DNA of 64,000 bases from an uncultured Clostridia bacterium. GTDB taxonomy: Bacteria; Bacillota; Clostridia; TANB77; CAG-508. Location: assembly GCA_934167305.1 (NCBI GenBank), contig CAKPKQ010000002.1, forward strand, positions 26,791 through 90,790, given 5' to 3'. The translations under genes and the position numbers were made by a program. A model generated the notes under the pieces. That model worked only from the letters and a program-made list of their open reading frames with translations. It was not told the DNA's origin and did no database searches. Shown here one piece after another: positions 29,229-40,126 of this stretch (position 1 is the stretch's first letter; each line of letters begins with the position of its first letter).

Positions 29229-29284
29229 TGTCAGTTTGGGGACGTTTCTTTAACTGACATTTTGTCAGTTTGGGGACACATCTT
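29229..29284. repeat. Left-half copy of the nested-palindrome repeat element
   Basis: Unit tgtcagtttggggacgtttctttaactgaca (29229-29259), ttt, then tgtcagtttggggacacatctt (29263-29284). The similarity ends at the centre of the palindrome. Confidence 0.85.
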
Positions 29285-29402
29285 GAAGTTTCAGATATAC
29301 TTTTAGTTATTTATTCATTAAGTGGTTTTCATTTCACTTTTTGCTTGTACAATTTATTTTATAGTGATATAATCTTTTTACAAATCAAAAGGAGGATTAA
29401 TT

Positions 29403-30665
29403 ATGAGTGTACCATTTAAAAAGGCAAATATATTATTGCCAAAAAACGCAGAAATGGAAAAGTGGGCAGTTGTAGCTTGTGACCAATATACATCAGAGCC
29501 TGAGTATTGGAAAGAAGTTGAAAATATTGTTGGAGATGCTCCTTCAACACTAAAAATCACTTTACCAGAAATTTATTTAGAGCAAGATAATGTTGCAGAA
29601 AGAATCGCAAATATCAATAAAGAAATGGATCATTTGCTTTCTACTGACTTTTTTAAAACTTTAGACAATTCTTTAATTTACTTAGAAAGAACTGGAGCTG
29701 ATGGAAAAGTTAGAAAAGGTCTTATCGGTATGGTAGATCTAGAAGATTATTCTTATGAAAAAGGTTCTCAATCTTTAATTAGAGCAACTGAAGGAACTGT
29801 TTTAGAAAGAATTCCACCTAGAGTAAGAGTTAGAGAAAATGCTAGTCTAGAATTACCTCATGTTATGCTTTTAATTGATGATGAGAAAAAAGAAATTATT
29901 GAAGGTTTAACAGATAAAGTAACTAGCGAAGATGTTGTTTATGATTTTGATTTAATGCAAAATGGTGGACATGTTAAAGGTTATAAAGTTCCTGAAAACT
30001 TAATGGACGGAATATTTAACGGATTAGAAGAACTTGCTGATAAAGATAATTTTGAAGCTAAATATGATGTTAAAGATAAAGGTGTTTTATTATTCTCTGT
30101 TGGAGATGGTAACCACTCTTTAGCAACTGCAAAAGCTTGCTATGAAAACTTAAAGAAAACTATGTCTGAGGAAGAAGCTAAAAATAGCCCTGCAAGATAT
30201 GCTTTAGTAGAAGTTGTTAACTTACATAGTGATGCTTTAGAGTTTGAACCAATTCACAGAGTTGTATTCGGTATTGAACCTGCAAAAATGATTGAAGAAT
30301 TTGAAAAATATTATGATGTTTCAAGAACTGCTGGTGAAGGACAAAAAGTTGAATATGTTTATGAAGGAAAAAATGAAACTTTATATATTAAAAATCCAAA
30401 GTCTAATTTAGCTGTTGGTTCTTTACAAATGTTTATTGATGCATATATTAAAGAACATGGTGGAAAAGTTGACTATATTCATGGTGATGATGTTACTAAA
30501 GAACTTGGTAGCAAACCAGGAAATATTGGTTTCTTACTACCTCCTATGGCTAAAACAGAGCTTTTCAAAACTGTAATTCTTGATGGTGCTTTACCTCGTA
30601 AAACATTTTCAATGGGACACAGCTATGATAAAAGATATTACCTAGAGGCTAGAAAGATTAAATAA
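29403..30665 (+). CDS. DUF1015 family protein
   Basis: 420 aa. The N-terminus PFKKANILLPKN...WAVVACDQYTS and overall length fit DUF1015. GGAGG RBS present. Confidence 0.7.
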   Translation: MSVPFKKANILLPKNAEMEKWAVVACDQYTSEPEYWKEVENIVGDAPSTLKITLPEIYLEQDNVAERIANINKEMDHLLSTDFFKTLDNSLIYLERTGADGKVRKGLIGMVDLEDYSYEKGSQSLIRATEGTVLERIPPRVRVRENASLELPHVMLLIDDEKKEIIEGLTDKVTSEDVVYDFDLMQNGGHVKGYKVPENLMDGIFNGLEELADKDNFEAKYDVKDKGVLLFSVGDGNHSLATAKACYENLKKTMSEEEAKNSPARYALVEVVNLHSDALEFEPIHRVVFGIEPAKMIEEFEKYYDVSRTAGEGQKVEYVYEGKNETLYIKNPKSNLAVGSLQMFIDAYIKEHGGKVDYIHGDDVTKELGSKPGNIGFLLPPMAKTELFKTVILDGALPRKTFSMGHSYDKRYYLEARKIK

Positions 30666-30703
30666 TTTAAAAAGGATGTAGCATTTTACTACATCCTTTT
30701 ATT

Positions 30704-32149
30704 TTATATATTTTTTATGTTCTTCTTTTGGAATATTATAAATGTTGGTACTAACATTATTACCATATATATTACTATTATTGCAATTGAAAATGGCAAT
30801 GTTATTCCTTCAAATGTTGGTATTCCTCCCCAGAAATATTCTGTTAAATTCCAGTTTGGTGTAACAAAATATTTAATCCAATTTAGTTTCAAGTTCAATG
30901 CTAATGTGTTTATAACTGAGCTTCCCATATAACCTAACAATGAAATAGTTATTGCTAATGCTGAGTTTGTGAATATTGTACTAAATGCAAATGCAAGTGT
31001 CATAAGTAAAATATACATTGGTGCTTTTCCTAGTGCTTGCATAGCTAAATATTGTATTGTATTTATTTGTTTTACATTATTTATTGTGTGGTCATAGATT
31101 ATAGTTGGACTTTTAAAGCTATCAAATCCTTGTATTAATCCACCTACTACAAATTGCATTAGTGCAACTAATATTATAACTATAATAGCAACAATTATAC
31201 TGGTTATAAATTTAGATGCCAAAATTGTACTTCTTTTATATGGCTTTATTAAAAGTAATTTTATTGTTCCTTTGCTAAATTCTTCGCTCACTATTACTCC
31301 TGATGTCATGACAAACATTACTATTAAAAATATTTCGTATTGTCCAAATAAATCTATTAATAATCCTTTTGCACTTTCCGTATTCCCTACAGTAGTTCCA
31401 TTCTCAATGTCATATTTGTTTATTGCTGCCATTTCTTTAGCTTCATAATATTGTTTTTTAGAATTATAATTTTTCTCTGTTTCATCAAAATCATAACTTC
31501 TAATTCCCTCCATTGCTACCATATAGCTGTTTAAGCAATTGTTTTTATAATCATTTCCATAAGGAATGTCTTTTTCTAATCTCCATGTTGCTATTTGTCT
31601 GCTTATTTCATAGCCTCTTATCTGGTTTTGAAGTTCCTTTATTTCTAATTTGTCAGTTGTTTTTTCTTGTAGTTCTTTTAATGCTTTTATTTTAGCTTCT
31701 TTTTCTTTTAGCTCTTTCTCTGCAAAATATCTCCAGTCATCTGTGTCTAGCCTTTTTATATATTCATCATATTGTGCTTTTACCACTTTTAATTCTTCTT
31801 CATTTTTTTCCTGATATATATAATAATTTATGTCATATATACAGCTTCTCATTTCTGATTGTATTATTTGAGCTTGCCAACTTTTTTGTCCATATTTTTG
31901 CATTAATTTAAAAATATCTAATTCTGATCTATAATTTGAATATAATTCTTTATCTGTGTTTGGATCAATATTTTTTAGTTGTTCCTCATAAAAGCTTATT
32001 TCTTCTCCTATATAATCATAGGAATTATCAAAGTCTATTTTGTATATAACATTTGTAAGAATAATAAAGGCAAGTGTAACTAATAGTGTGATTATCAAAC
32101 TTTTCTTTTTAAATATTTTCTTTAACTCATTTTGGATTAAACTAATCAA
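30704..32149 (-). CDS. ABC-2 type transporter permease with a large extracytoplasmic/coiled insert
   Basis: N-terminal TM segment, a coiled region of about 230 aa, then five TM helices. The start overlaps the stop of the upstream ATPase gene. Confidence 0.7.
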   Translation of the reverse strand: MISLIQNELKKIFKKKSLIITLLVTLAFIILTNVIYKIDFDNSYDYIGEEISFYEEQLKNIDPNTDKELYSNYRSELDIFKLMQKYGQKSWQAQIIQSEMRSCIYDINYYIYQEKNEEELKVVKAQYDEYIKRLDTDDWRYFAEKELKEKEAKIKALKELQEKTTDKLEIKELQNQIRGYEISRQIATWRLEKDIPYGNDYKNNCLNSYMVAMEGIRSYDFDETEKNYNSKKQYYEAKEMAAINKYDIENGTTVGNTESAKGLLIDLFGQYEIFLIVMFVMTSGVIVSEEFSKGTIKLLLIKPYKRSTILASKFITSIIVAIIVIILVALMQFVVGGLIQGFDSFKSPTIIYDHTINNVKQINTIQYLAMQALGKAPMYILLMTLAFAFSTIFTNSALAITISLLGYMGSSVINTLALNLKLNWIKYFVTPNWNLTEYFWGGIPTFEGITLPFSIAIIVIYMVIMLVPTFIIFQKKNIKNI

Positions 32150-33047
32150 TTGTATTACCTCCTGTCTTTTTTAAGAATGCATCTTCTAATGATAATTTTT
32201 CTTCATTAACTTCATACACCTTAATATTATTTTCTACTAATGTTTTTACTATGTTTGGAACTTGCTCTCTTTCAGCTATTATAGTAAATTCTTCTTTTCC
32301 TTTTATTTCAGTTGGTACTGATATTATTTCTGCTATTTTTTCTGTATTATCTACTACTATTTTGTAGTGTGCTTCATTAGTAGTTCTTATTGCTGAAATA
32401 TCGTTAGTTTCAATAATTTCTCCATTTTGAATAATACAAACTTTGTTACATAGAGTTTCCATTTCTGCTAAGTTATGGCTTGAAATAAATATTGCCATTC
32501 CTTGTTTTGCTAAAACCTTTAAAAGGTCTCTCATTTCTTTTATACCTTCTGGATCTAATCCATTTGTTGGTTCGTCTAAAACTAATAAATTTGGATTATG
32601 TAATATAGCTTGTGCTACACCTAATCTTTGCCTCATTCCTAGTGAATATTTAGATACTTTATCATTTATACGATTTTCTAATTTTACTAGCCTTACAATC
32701 TCCATTATTCTTTCTTTTGTAATGCCTTTATACATATTTGCAACTAGTTTTAGGTTTTCATATCCTGTTAAATACATATACAAGTCTGGATTTTCAATAA
32801 TTGCTCCTACTCTTCTTATAGCTTTAGTAAAGTCCTTTTTTATGTCATATCCATTTATATTAACCTCTCCACTTGTAATTCCTTGAAGGCCTAATATTAG
32901 TTTAATTGTTGTAGTTTTTCCTGCTCCGTTTGGTCCTATAAAGCCTAAAATATCACCTTCATTTACCTCTAAAGAAACCCCTTTTAAGATTTCTTTTTTA
33001 CCTATTTTTTTATGTAGGTCTTTACATTTTAATATTGTTTCTGTCAT
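32142..33047 (-). CDS. ABC transporter ATP-binding protein
   Basis: Walker A GPNGAGKTT, signature YSLGMRQRL, Walker B LLVLDEPTNGLD. Start chosen at MTETILKCKDL. Confidence 0.9.
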   Translation of the reverse strand: MTETILKCKDLHKKIGKKEILKGVSLEVNEGDILGFIGPNGAGKTTTIKLILGLQGITSGEVNINGYDIKKDFTKAIRRVGAIIENPDLYMYLTGYENLKLVANMYKGITKERIMEIVRLVKLENRINDKVSKYSLGMRQRLGVAQAILHNPNLLVLDEPTNGLDPEGIKEMRDLLKVLAKQGMAIFISSHNLAEMETLCNKVCIIQNGEIIETNDISAIRTTNEAHYKIVVDNTEKIAEIISVPTEIKGKEEFTIIAEREQVPNIVKTLVENNIKVYEVNEEKLSLEDAFLKKTGGNTID

Positions 33048-33209
33048 ATTAAAAAATCTCCCTTTCACTATTTTACAAGAACATTTTACCATTAGATTCT
33101 TAAGAAAACTAGTGGTATTTTATTAAAATTTTATTAAGACTTTTTTATTCATAATACAAACCTTATGCGAATACAATTAAACAAAAGTATTCTTATGGGG
33201 GTTTTCTTT

Positions 33210-33470
33210 ATGATTGATGTTTCAATTGAGGAAAGAGCTATTACTTTAGCTCGTTATATTATAGATTCAAAAGATACAGTTAGAGGTGCAGCAAAGAAAT
33301 TCGGTGTTAGTAAAAGCACAGTTCATAAAGACGTTAGTGAAAGATTACTTAAGATAAACCCTAATTTAGCTCATCAAGTACGAGAAATATTAGACGAAAA
33401 TAAAGCCGAAAGACATATTCGTGGTGGCATGGCAACTAAATTAAAATATAGTCATGAAAAAATCTCCTAG
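33210..33470 (+). CDS. spoIIID: Sporulation transcriptional regulator SpoIIID
   Basis: MIDVSIEERAITLARYIIDSKDTVRGAAKKFGVSKSTVHKDVSERL...ERHIRGGMATK is a near-canonical SpoIIID. Start at ATG 33210, after GGGGG. Confidence 0.9.
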   Translation: MIDVSIEERAITLARYIIDSKDTVRGAAKKFGVSKSTVHKDVSERLLKINPNLAHQVREILDENKAERHIRGGMATKLKYSHEKIS

Positions 33471-33490
33471 CATTCTAGGAGATTTTTTTA

Positions 33491-33658
33491 TTAGTTATTA
33501 AAGTTGTTGTTTCTTCTTTGTGCTTTTCTTGCTTTTCTGCACTCTGGGCATCTTTGAGGTTCATTTGTAAAACCTTTTTCAGCATAAAATTGTTGTTCAC
33601 CTTCTGTGAAAACAAATTCAGCACCACAATCTTTACATGTTAAAGTTTTATCTGCCAT
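33491..33658 (-). CDS. Small zinc-ribbon protein (55 aa), not in the ORF track
   Basis: MADKTLTCKDCGAEFVFTEGEQQFYAEKGFTNEPQRCPECRKARKAQRRNNNFNN. It has two CxxC pairs and a GGAGG RBS (aaggaggaaattaaaATG). Confidence 0.7.
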   Translation of the reverse strand: MADKTLTCKDCGAEFVFTEGEQQFYAEKGFTNEPQRCPECRKARKAQRRNNNFNN

Positions 33659-33965
33659 TTTAATTTCCTCCTTGTTAATTTTTGATATTTAATATTTTGA
33701 CATATAAAACCTTTCTAATATCAATATCAAGAAGGAATAGTATTTACAAAATAATTAAATTCATTTAGACTTTTGCAAGCCATTTGTATTTTAGCATATA
33801 AGTAAAAATAAAACAAGTCAAAAATAATTTAATGTATATTTTTTTTATATTTTTTTATACTAATATTATTTATATTTCAAGTTAACATTTACTTTTAAGT
33901 GTCTGTTAAGTTCTAAAATAAAATGCTATATATTACTATAAATAAGGTTATGGAGGAGATTTACA

Positions 33966-34292
33966 ATGGCACTAGATTATAATATTATTGGTGAAAGATT
34001 AAAGAAAGCTAGAGTTGAAAAGAATATGACACAAGAAAAATTAGCTGAGCAATTAGATGTTTCTGTTGCATTTTTAAGTAGAATTGAAAGAGGTAATTCA
34101 CATATTAATTTAAAAAGATTAACTCAAATTTGTGAAATTTTAGGTGTTTCTGAAGGTTCTATATTAAATGGTGTTTCTAGTAATTCTGACAATTACTTAA
34201 CTTCTGAATTTAATAATATTTTAAATTCAGTGTCTAGTGATAAACAAAAATTGATTTACAAAATTGCCAAAGTTATTAGTCAAGAAGAATAA
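33966..34292 (+). CDS. XRE-family helix-turn-helix transcriptional regulator
   Basis: IGERLKKARVEKNMTQEKLAEQLDVSVAFLSRIERG is a classic HTH_3 motif. GGAGG RBS present. Confidence 0.8.
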   Translation: MALDYNIIGERLKKARVEKNMTQEKLAEQLDVSVAFLSRIERGNSHINLKRLTQICEILGVSEGSILNGVSSNSDNYLTSEFNNILNSVSSDKQKLIYKIAKVISQEE

Positions 34293-34535
34293 TTTTAAAT
34301 TACTTTGCAAATACTAAACAGTGTATAACTACACTGTTTTTTTTTTGCAATGCAACAATGTTAAGTTACCTTTGACTGTGCATATTCTTATTACATTAAT
34401 TTTTGCGATTTATGTAAAAAAATGTTGATAAAAACATTATTTTGTAATATAATAGATTGACTTCTATCTTGAAGTAAGATCAATAGTTTTGTTGTGTATA
34501 AATAAAAATTTTTATTTATTATAAGGAGGTATTTT

Positions 34536-36779
34536 ATGGAATTTAAACAATGGGAAGGATTTAATAAACAAGGTGAATGGACTAAGGAAATAGATGTTAG
34601 AGGTTTCATTCAAGCAAACTACACACCTTATGAAGGAAATGATGATTTCTTGGTAGGTGCAACAGAAAAAACTCAAAAATTATGGAATAACGTTACAGAC
34701 TTATACAAACAAGAAAGAGAAAATGGAGATGTTTTAGATGTTGATGTTAAAACTCCATCTGGAATAAATGCTTATGCCCCTGGCTATATAAATAAAGAAC
34801 TAGAAGAAATTGTTGGTCTTCAAACAGATGCACCTTTAAAAAGAGCAATTATGCCAAATGGTGGTATTAGAATAGTTGAAAAATCTTGTGAGAGCTACGG
34901 TTACAAAGTTGATGAAAATATCGAATATATTTACCATAATTTAAGAAGAACTCACAATGATGGTGTTTTCGCAGTATATACACCAGAAATTAGAGCAGCT
35001 AGAAGTTCACACTTAATTACAGGTCTTCCTGATGGATATGGTCGTGGAAGAATTATAGGTGATTACAGAAGAGTTGCTTTATATGGTGTTGATGCATTAA
35101 TTAAAGAAAAACAAGAAGAGTTTTCTTTATTAGATTCTGATGAAATGACTGATGAATTAATTCGTCAAAGAGAAGAAATGCATGATCAAATTTTTGCATT
35201 AAATGAATTAAAAGCAATGGCTGCAAGTTATGGATATGATATTTCTGAGCCTGCAACAACTGCAAAGGAAGCTATTCAATGGTTATACTTTGGATATTTA
35301 GCTGCTGTTAAAGATCAAAATGGTGCAGCTATGAGCTTAGGTAGAACATCTACATTCTTAGATATATATATTGAAAGAGATATGAAAAATGGTACTTTAA
35401 CAGAAGAACAAGCTCAAGAATTAATTGACCAATTTGTTATAAAATTAAGATTAGTTCGTTTCTTAAGAGCTCCTGAGTACAATGCTTTATTTACAGGTGA
35501 TCCTGTTTGGGTAACTGAAAGCATTGGTGGTATGGGTATTGATGGAAGAACATTAGTAACAAAGAACTCTTTTAGAATACTACACACACTTGAAAACTTA
35601 GGACCTGCTCCAGAGCCAAACTTAACTGTATTATGGTCTAAGAATCTACCAGAAGGATTTAAAAAATTCTGTGCTGATATCTCTATAAAAACATCATCTA
35701 TTCAATATGAAAATGATGACTTAATGAGAGTTACTTTAGGTGATGATTATGGCATTGCATGCTGTGTATCTGCTATGAAAATAGGTAAACAAATGCAATT
35801 CTTTGGTGCAAGAGCAAACTTAGCTAAAGCACTTCTATATGCTATCAACGGCGGTAGAGATGAAAAATCTGGAAAACAAGTTACTCCAGAATTTGCACCT
35901 ATTACTTCAGAATATTTAGATTATGATGAAGTTATGAGAAAATTTGATAATATGATGGAATATTTAGCTAAAACATATATTAAAGCATTAAATATGATTC
36001 ACTATATGCATGATAAATATTCTTATGAAGCATTAGAAATGGCTTTACATGATAAAGAAAGAGACATTTTAAGAACAATGGCTTGTGGTATAGCTGGTTT
36101 ATCAGTTGTTGCTGATTCTTTATCTGCAATAAAATATGCAAAAGTTAAAGTAATTAGAGATGAAACTGGATTAGCTGTTGATTATCAAGTTGAAGGCGAT
36201 TTTCCTAAATACGGAAATGACGACGACAGAGTTGATGAAATTGCAGTTAATATAGTAAAATCATTTATGAAAAAATTAGAAAAACATCATACTTACAAAA
36301 ATTCAAGAGCAACATTATCAATTTTAACTATTACTTCAAATGTGGTATATGGTAAAAATACTGGTAATACTCCTGATGGAAGAAGAGACGGCGAACCATT
36401 TGGACCTGGTGCCAACCCATTACATGGTAGAGATGTAAATGGAGCTTTAGCTGTTATGAATACAATTGCTAAACTTCCTTATGAATATTCTGAAGATGGT
36501 ATTTCATATACATTTTCAATTACACCAGCAACTCTTGGAAAAGATGAAGATTCAAAAATAAATAACTTAGTAAGTATGTTAGATGGCTTCTTTGTTCAAA
36601 CAGGACATCATATAAATGTTAACGTATTTGATAGAGATTTATTGCTTGATGCAATGGATCACCCTGAAAAATATCCACAATTAACAATTCGTGTTTCTGG
36701 ATATGCTGTTAACTTTATAAAATTAACTAGAGAACAACAATTAGAAGTAATTCACAGAACAATACACGAGAAAATTTAG
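34536..36779 (+). CDS. pflB: Formate C-acetyltransferase (pyruvate formate-lyase)
   Basis: 747 aa with the catalytic Cys pair (GIACCVSAM) and glycyl-radical motif ([11 protein letters not shown]). Confidence 0.97.
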   Translation: MEFKQWEGFNKQGEWTKEIDVRGFIQANYTPYEGNDDFLVGATEKTQKLWNNVTDLYKQERENGDVLDVDVKTPSGINAYAPGYINKELEEIVGLQTDAPLKRAIMPNGGIRIVEKSCESYGYKVDENIEYIYHNLRRTHNDGVFAVYTPEIRAARSSHLITGLPDGYGRGRIIGDYRRVALYGVDALIKEKQEEFSLLDSDEMTDELIRQREEMHDQIFALNELKAMAASYGYDISEPATTAKEAIQWLYFGYLAAVKDQNGAAMSLGRTSTFLDIYIERDMKNGTLTEEQAQELIDQFVIKLRLVRFLRAPEYNALFTGDPVWVTESIGGMGIDGRTLVTKNSFRILHTLENLGPAPEPNLTVLWSKNLPEGFKKFCADISIKTSSIQYENDDLMRVTLGDDYGIACCVSAMKIGKQMQFFGARANLAKALLYAINGGRDEKSGKQVTPEFAPITSEYLDYDEVMRKFDNMMEYLAKTYIKALNMIHYMHDKYSYEALEMALHDKERDILRTMACGIAGLSVVADSLSAIKYAKVKVIRDETGLAVDYQVEGDFPKYGNDDDRVDEIAVNIVKSFMKKLEKHHTYKNSRATLSILTITSNVVYGKNTGNTPDGRRDGEPFGPGANPLHGRDVNGALAVMNTIAKLPYEYSEDGISYTFSITPATLGKDEDSKINNLVSMLDGFFVQTGHHINVNVFDRDLLLDAMDHPEKYPQLTIRVSGYAVNFIKLTREQQLEVIHRTIHEKI

Positions 36780-36788
36780 GAGGAAATA

Positions 36789-37499
36789 ATGAAAGCAAGA
36801 ATACACTCTTTTGAATCTTTTGGAACAGTTGATGGACCTGGTATCAGGTTTGTAATCTTCATGCAAGGATGTAATTTGAGGTGTAAATTCTGCCAAAATA
36901 GAGATACTTGGGACGTATGCGGTGGTATGGAATATACCGTTCCAGAATTGTTAGCCAAAATCGAAAGGTACAAAAGCTATTTTGTACCTTCTGGTGGAGG
37001 TGTTACAATTAGTGGTGGTGAGCCATTAGTTCAGCAAGATTTTTTAATAGAATTATTAACTGCTTTAAAAGCTGACGGAATTCATACTGCTATTGATACT
37101 GCTGGAAATTTTGATATAACAGATAAGGTAAAGCAAATAATTGACTTATCAAATTTATTTTTATTAGATATAAAGTGTATAAATGATGATATCTGCAAAT
37201 ATTTGACAAGTGTTTCTAACAAAAAAGAATTGGCCTTTGCGAAATATTTAAGTAGCATAAATAAACCAATGTGGATTAGACAAGTATTAGTTCCTGGAAT
37301 TACAGATAAAGAAGAAGATTTACTTAAGTTAAAAGACTTTATACATAGCTTAAGTTCTGTTCAAAAAGTTGAAATTCTTCCTTATCATGATTTAGGACGT
37401 TTTAAATGGGAAGAATTAGGATTAAAATATGAGCTTGATGGGGTTCCTCCTGCTACTCCAGAGGACGTATCAAGAGCCAAAGATATATTAGGTTTGTAA
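36789..37499 (+). CDS. pflA: Pyruvate formate-lyase activating enzyme
   Basis: Radical-SAM CNLRCKFCQN, the motif GGGVTISGGEPL, and a position immediately downstream of pflB. Confidence 0.95.
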   Translation: MKARIHSFESFGTVDGPGIRFVIFMQGCNLRCKFCQNRDTWDVCGGMEYTVPELLAKIERYKSYFVPSGGGVTISGGEPLVQQDFLIELLTALKADGIHTAIDTAGNFDITDKVKQIIDLSNLFLLDIKCINDDICKYLTSVSNKKELAFAKYLSSINKPMWIRQVLVPGITDKEEDLLKLKDFIHSLSSVQKVEILPYHDLGRFKWEELGLKYELDGVPPATPEDVSRAKDILGL

Positions 37500-37504
37500 A
37501 GAAT

Positions 37505-37536
37505 AAAACTGAAGTGGCAAAGCCACTTCAGTTTTA
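37505..37536. terminator. Bidirectional intrinsic terminator
   Basis: AAAACTGAAGTGGCaaaGCCACTTCAGTTTT between the convergent pflA and the metal ABC permease gene. Confidence 0.8.
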
Positions 37537-38376
37537 TTCTTTTATTTTCTTTTTTAGTCCAAAAGTTATGAAATATATCAAACCTGATATTAGTACAATC
37601 ATTGGGCCTGTTGGTATGTTCCAATAATATGAAATAATTAACCCTGTAACTCCTGAGAATAATGAAAATATTACAGCGAATAAATGGTATGTTCTCATAT
37701 TTTTAGCTACATTTCTACTAGATGCCGCTGGTAATATAAGTAATGAATTTATTAATAAAATACCAATAAATCTAATTGAAATCATTACAATTATAGCAAT
37801 TAAAACTGCAAACACATTGTCAATTGTTTTTGTATTTACTCCTCTACTTCTTGCTAATGTTGTGTTTATACTTGTTACATTTAATTTATTAAATGTAAAG
37901 TACCAAAATGCAATTACAGCAATAAACGCTAAAAATAGGTATAATATTTCTGTATTACTAATGCTTAATATATCTCCAACTAAATAGCTTGAATATTTAT
38001 TAAAGTTTCCACTTTGTGCTAACATTGCAAGTCCCAGTGCTATTGCTATTGATGAAAATACACTTATTATTGTATCTGCTCCATAGTTTGTTTTATTTTT
38101 TACATAATTTAATAGCAATGCAAATATTACTGCAAATAATATCATTGATATATTCATATTTGATATTCCTAAAACCATTCCTAGTGCTATTCCTGTTAAC
38201 GCTGAATGTCCTAGTGCATCTGAGAAAAATGCCATTTTGTTGTTTACTATCATAGTACCCAAAATAGCAAATACTGGTGTTACTAAAATAATTGCAATTA
38301 GTGCATTTTTCATAAATGCATAATCTATAAATTCAAATGGTATTAGTGCTTCTAATATACTATATATTACTCCCAT
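37534..38376 (-). CDS. Metal (Zn/Mn) ABC transporter permease, ZnuB/TroCD family
   Basis: Multi-TM ABC-3 family pattern (FSDALGHSALTG...). Operon with ZnuC- and ZnuA-like genes. Start chosen at MGVIYSILEAL. Confidence 0.8.
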   Translation of the reverse strand: MGVIYSILEALIPFEFIDYAFMKNALIAIILVTPVFAILGTMIVNNKMAFFSDALGHSALTGIALGMVLGISNMNISMILFAVIFALLLNYVKNKTNYGADTIISVFSSIAIALGLAMLAQSGNFNKYSSYLVGDILSISNTEILYLFLAFIAVIAFWYFTFNKLNVTSINTTLARSRGVNTKTIDNVFAVLIAIIVMISIRFIGILLINSLLILPAASSRNVAKNMRTYHLFAVIFSLFSGVTGLIISYYWNIPTGPMIVLISGLIYFITFGLKKKIKE

Positions 38377-38389
38377 TATATATCTCCTC

Positions 38390-39121
38390 TTATATTTCTC
38401 CAAAATAGCTTTTAAATTCTAAGCTTTCAAATACTTCTTCTGGTGTTCCCTCTTTTACAACCTGTTTGTCTAATAAAATTACTCTATCTGCATATTTTTT
38501 AACTAAATCTAAATCATGTGATACAAGTAAAATTGACATATCATATTTTGTTTTTAATTCATTTACTAATTCATAAAAATCTCTTGTTCCATTTTTATCA
38601 ATTCCTGATACTGGCTCATCTAGTATCAATAAATTTGGTGTTGGTTTTGTTGCTATTGCAAGTAATACTCTTTGTAATTCCCCACCAGATAAATCTCCTA
38701 TACTTTTATCTATTAATTTTTCTGCTCCAAATATTTTTAACTGTTCTTTTATTTCGCTATATATTTTCTTATCCTTTTTCAAAAATACTGGTACATGACA
38801 AATACATGATGCAAATAAATCATACACTGTTGTTGGCATATGTTTTTCTATATTTATAGTTTGTGGCACATACCCTATTTTTATTCTCTTTGCAATATTA
38901 TCTTTCATATCTACAAAGCTTATATTTCCCGTATGTTCTACTTCCCCTAAAATAGCTTTTAATAATGTAGATTTTCCTGCACCATTTCTTCCTATTATTA
39001 CAGTTAACTCTCCACAATGTACATGAATATTTACATTTTTTAATACTTGCTCTTTTCCAAATTTTACACTTATGTTATTTATTTTTGTGCAGTGTAAACC
39101 ACATGCTCCTTTTCCACTCAT
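38390..39121 (-). CDS. Metal ABC transporter ATP-binding protein, ZnuC-like
   Basis: Walker A GRNGAGKST, signature LSGGELQRVLLA, Walker B LLILDEPVSGID. Confidence 0.85.
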   Translation of the reverse strand: MSGKGACGLHCTKINNISVKFGKEQVLKNVNIHVHCGELTVIIGRNGAGKSTLLKAILGEVEHTGNISFVDMKDNIAKRIKIGYVPQTINIEKHMPTTVYDLFASCICHVPVFLKKDKKIYSEIKEQLKIFGAEKLIDKSIGDLSGGELQRVLLAIATKPTPNLLILDEPVSGIDKNGTRDFYELVNELKTKYDMSILLVSHDLDLVKKYADRVILLDKQVVKEGTPEEVFESLEFKSYFGEI

Positions 39122-39135
39122 TTTCTACTCCTATT

Positions 39136-40026
39136 CTACATCATAGATTCTAAAACTCCAAAATTTGCTTCTAACTTATCTATATATGCGTTATTATTTG
39201 TTTCACCTGTTAAGCCTGAATCTAGTTTATATATTTTTGCTCCCGTTTCATTTGCTAATGTTTCAGCATTTTTTATATTGTCATCTTTATCTACTACAAT
39301 AATTTTTATATTTTCATCTTTCATTTTCGTAATTAGATTTTTTAATGTTTCTGCTGACATTGTACTTTCTTCGTGATTTGTTTCAACTTGTGTTACTTGC
39401 ATTTTAAGTTCTTTTAATAAATATTCTAGTCCTTCATTTAAGCAAATAGCCTTTGCTCCATTTAATTTTTGAAGTTCAGTTTCATATTTTTGTTTTTCTT
39501 GATTTATTTTCTGTAAATAAGTTTCACAATTTGCTTTATATATTTCAGCATTTTTATTGTCATATTCACATAACTTTTGGCATATTATTTCAACTTGCTT
39601 AATATAGTTTTCCAAACTTGTCCATATATGTGGATTTATTTCATTTTCATCTTGTATTCTATTTGAAATATTCATACTACTATCTATTACATTTAATTTT
39701 GGATATGCCGAAATTATTTTATTCATAAAGCTTTCTAAACCCAATCCGCTTTGAATGTATATATCAGCTTTTTCAACTTTTTTCATATCTGTTGTAGATA
39801 TTGTATAGTCATGTAAGCAACCAACATTAGATTCTGTCATGTTCACAACTTCCACACCTGGTACATTTTGTGTTATATTTGCTGTCATAATATAAATAGG
39901 ATAAAATGATGTCACAATTTTTAGGTTTTCATCTTCTACTACCTCTTTTTTATTAGATAATACCCAAACAGCTAGTCCTATTGCAAATATAATTATTAAA
40001 ATAGCTATTAGAATTTTTTTATTCAA
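39136..40026 (-). CDS. Metal ABC transporter substrate-binding protein, ZnuA/TroA family
   Basis: N-terminal anchor, then SFYPIY..., DPHIW-like NPHIWTS, and a central helical linker. First gene of the three-gene operon. Confidence 0.8.
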   Translation of the reverse strand: MNKKILIAILIIIFAIGLAVWVLSNKKEVVEDENLKIVTSFYPIYIMTANITQNVPGVEVVNMTESNVGCLHDYTISTTDMKKVEKADIYIQSGLGLESFMNKIISAYPKLNVIDSSMNISNRIQDENEINPHIWTSLENYIKQVEIICQKLCEYDNKNAEIYKANCETYLQKINQEKQKYETELQKLNGAKAICLNEGLEYLLKELKMQVTQVETNHEESTMSAETLKNLITKMKDENIKIIVVDKDDNIKNAETLANETGAKIYKLDSGLTGETNNNAYIDKLEANFGVLESMM

Positions 40027-40126
40027 ATTTTTACCTCTCTGTCTATTGATAATATGATATTATATTAACATATTATTACTTGTTTTTCAACACTCATTCA
40101 ACAAAAGAAAAAGGCATGACCGCCTT

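Noticed and set aside
34422-34437. Palindrome ATGTTGATAAAAACAT upstream of pflB as an FNR/CRP/Rex-type operator
   Set aside because: It does not match the TTGAT-N4-ATCAA or TTGTGAA-N4-TTCACAA consensus well enough. In DNA this AT-rich, a 5-bp-arm palindrome is expected by chance.
34391-34609. 72-aa minus-strand ORF overlapping the pflB start and promoter
   Set aside because: It overlaps the pflB RBS and start, has no RBS of its own, and has a low-complexity translation. It is judged spurious.
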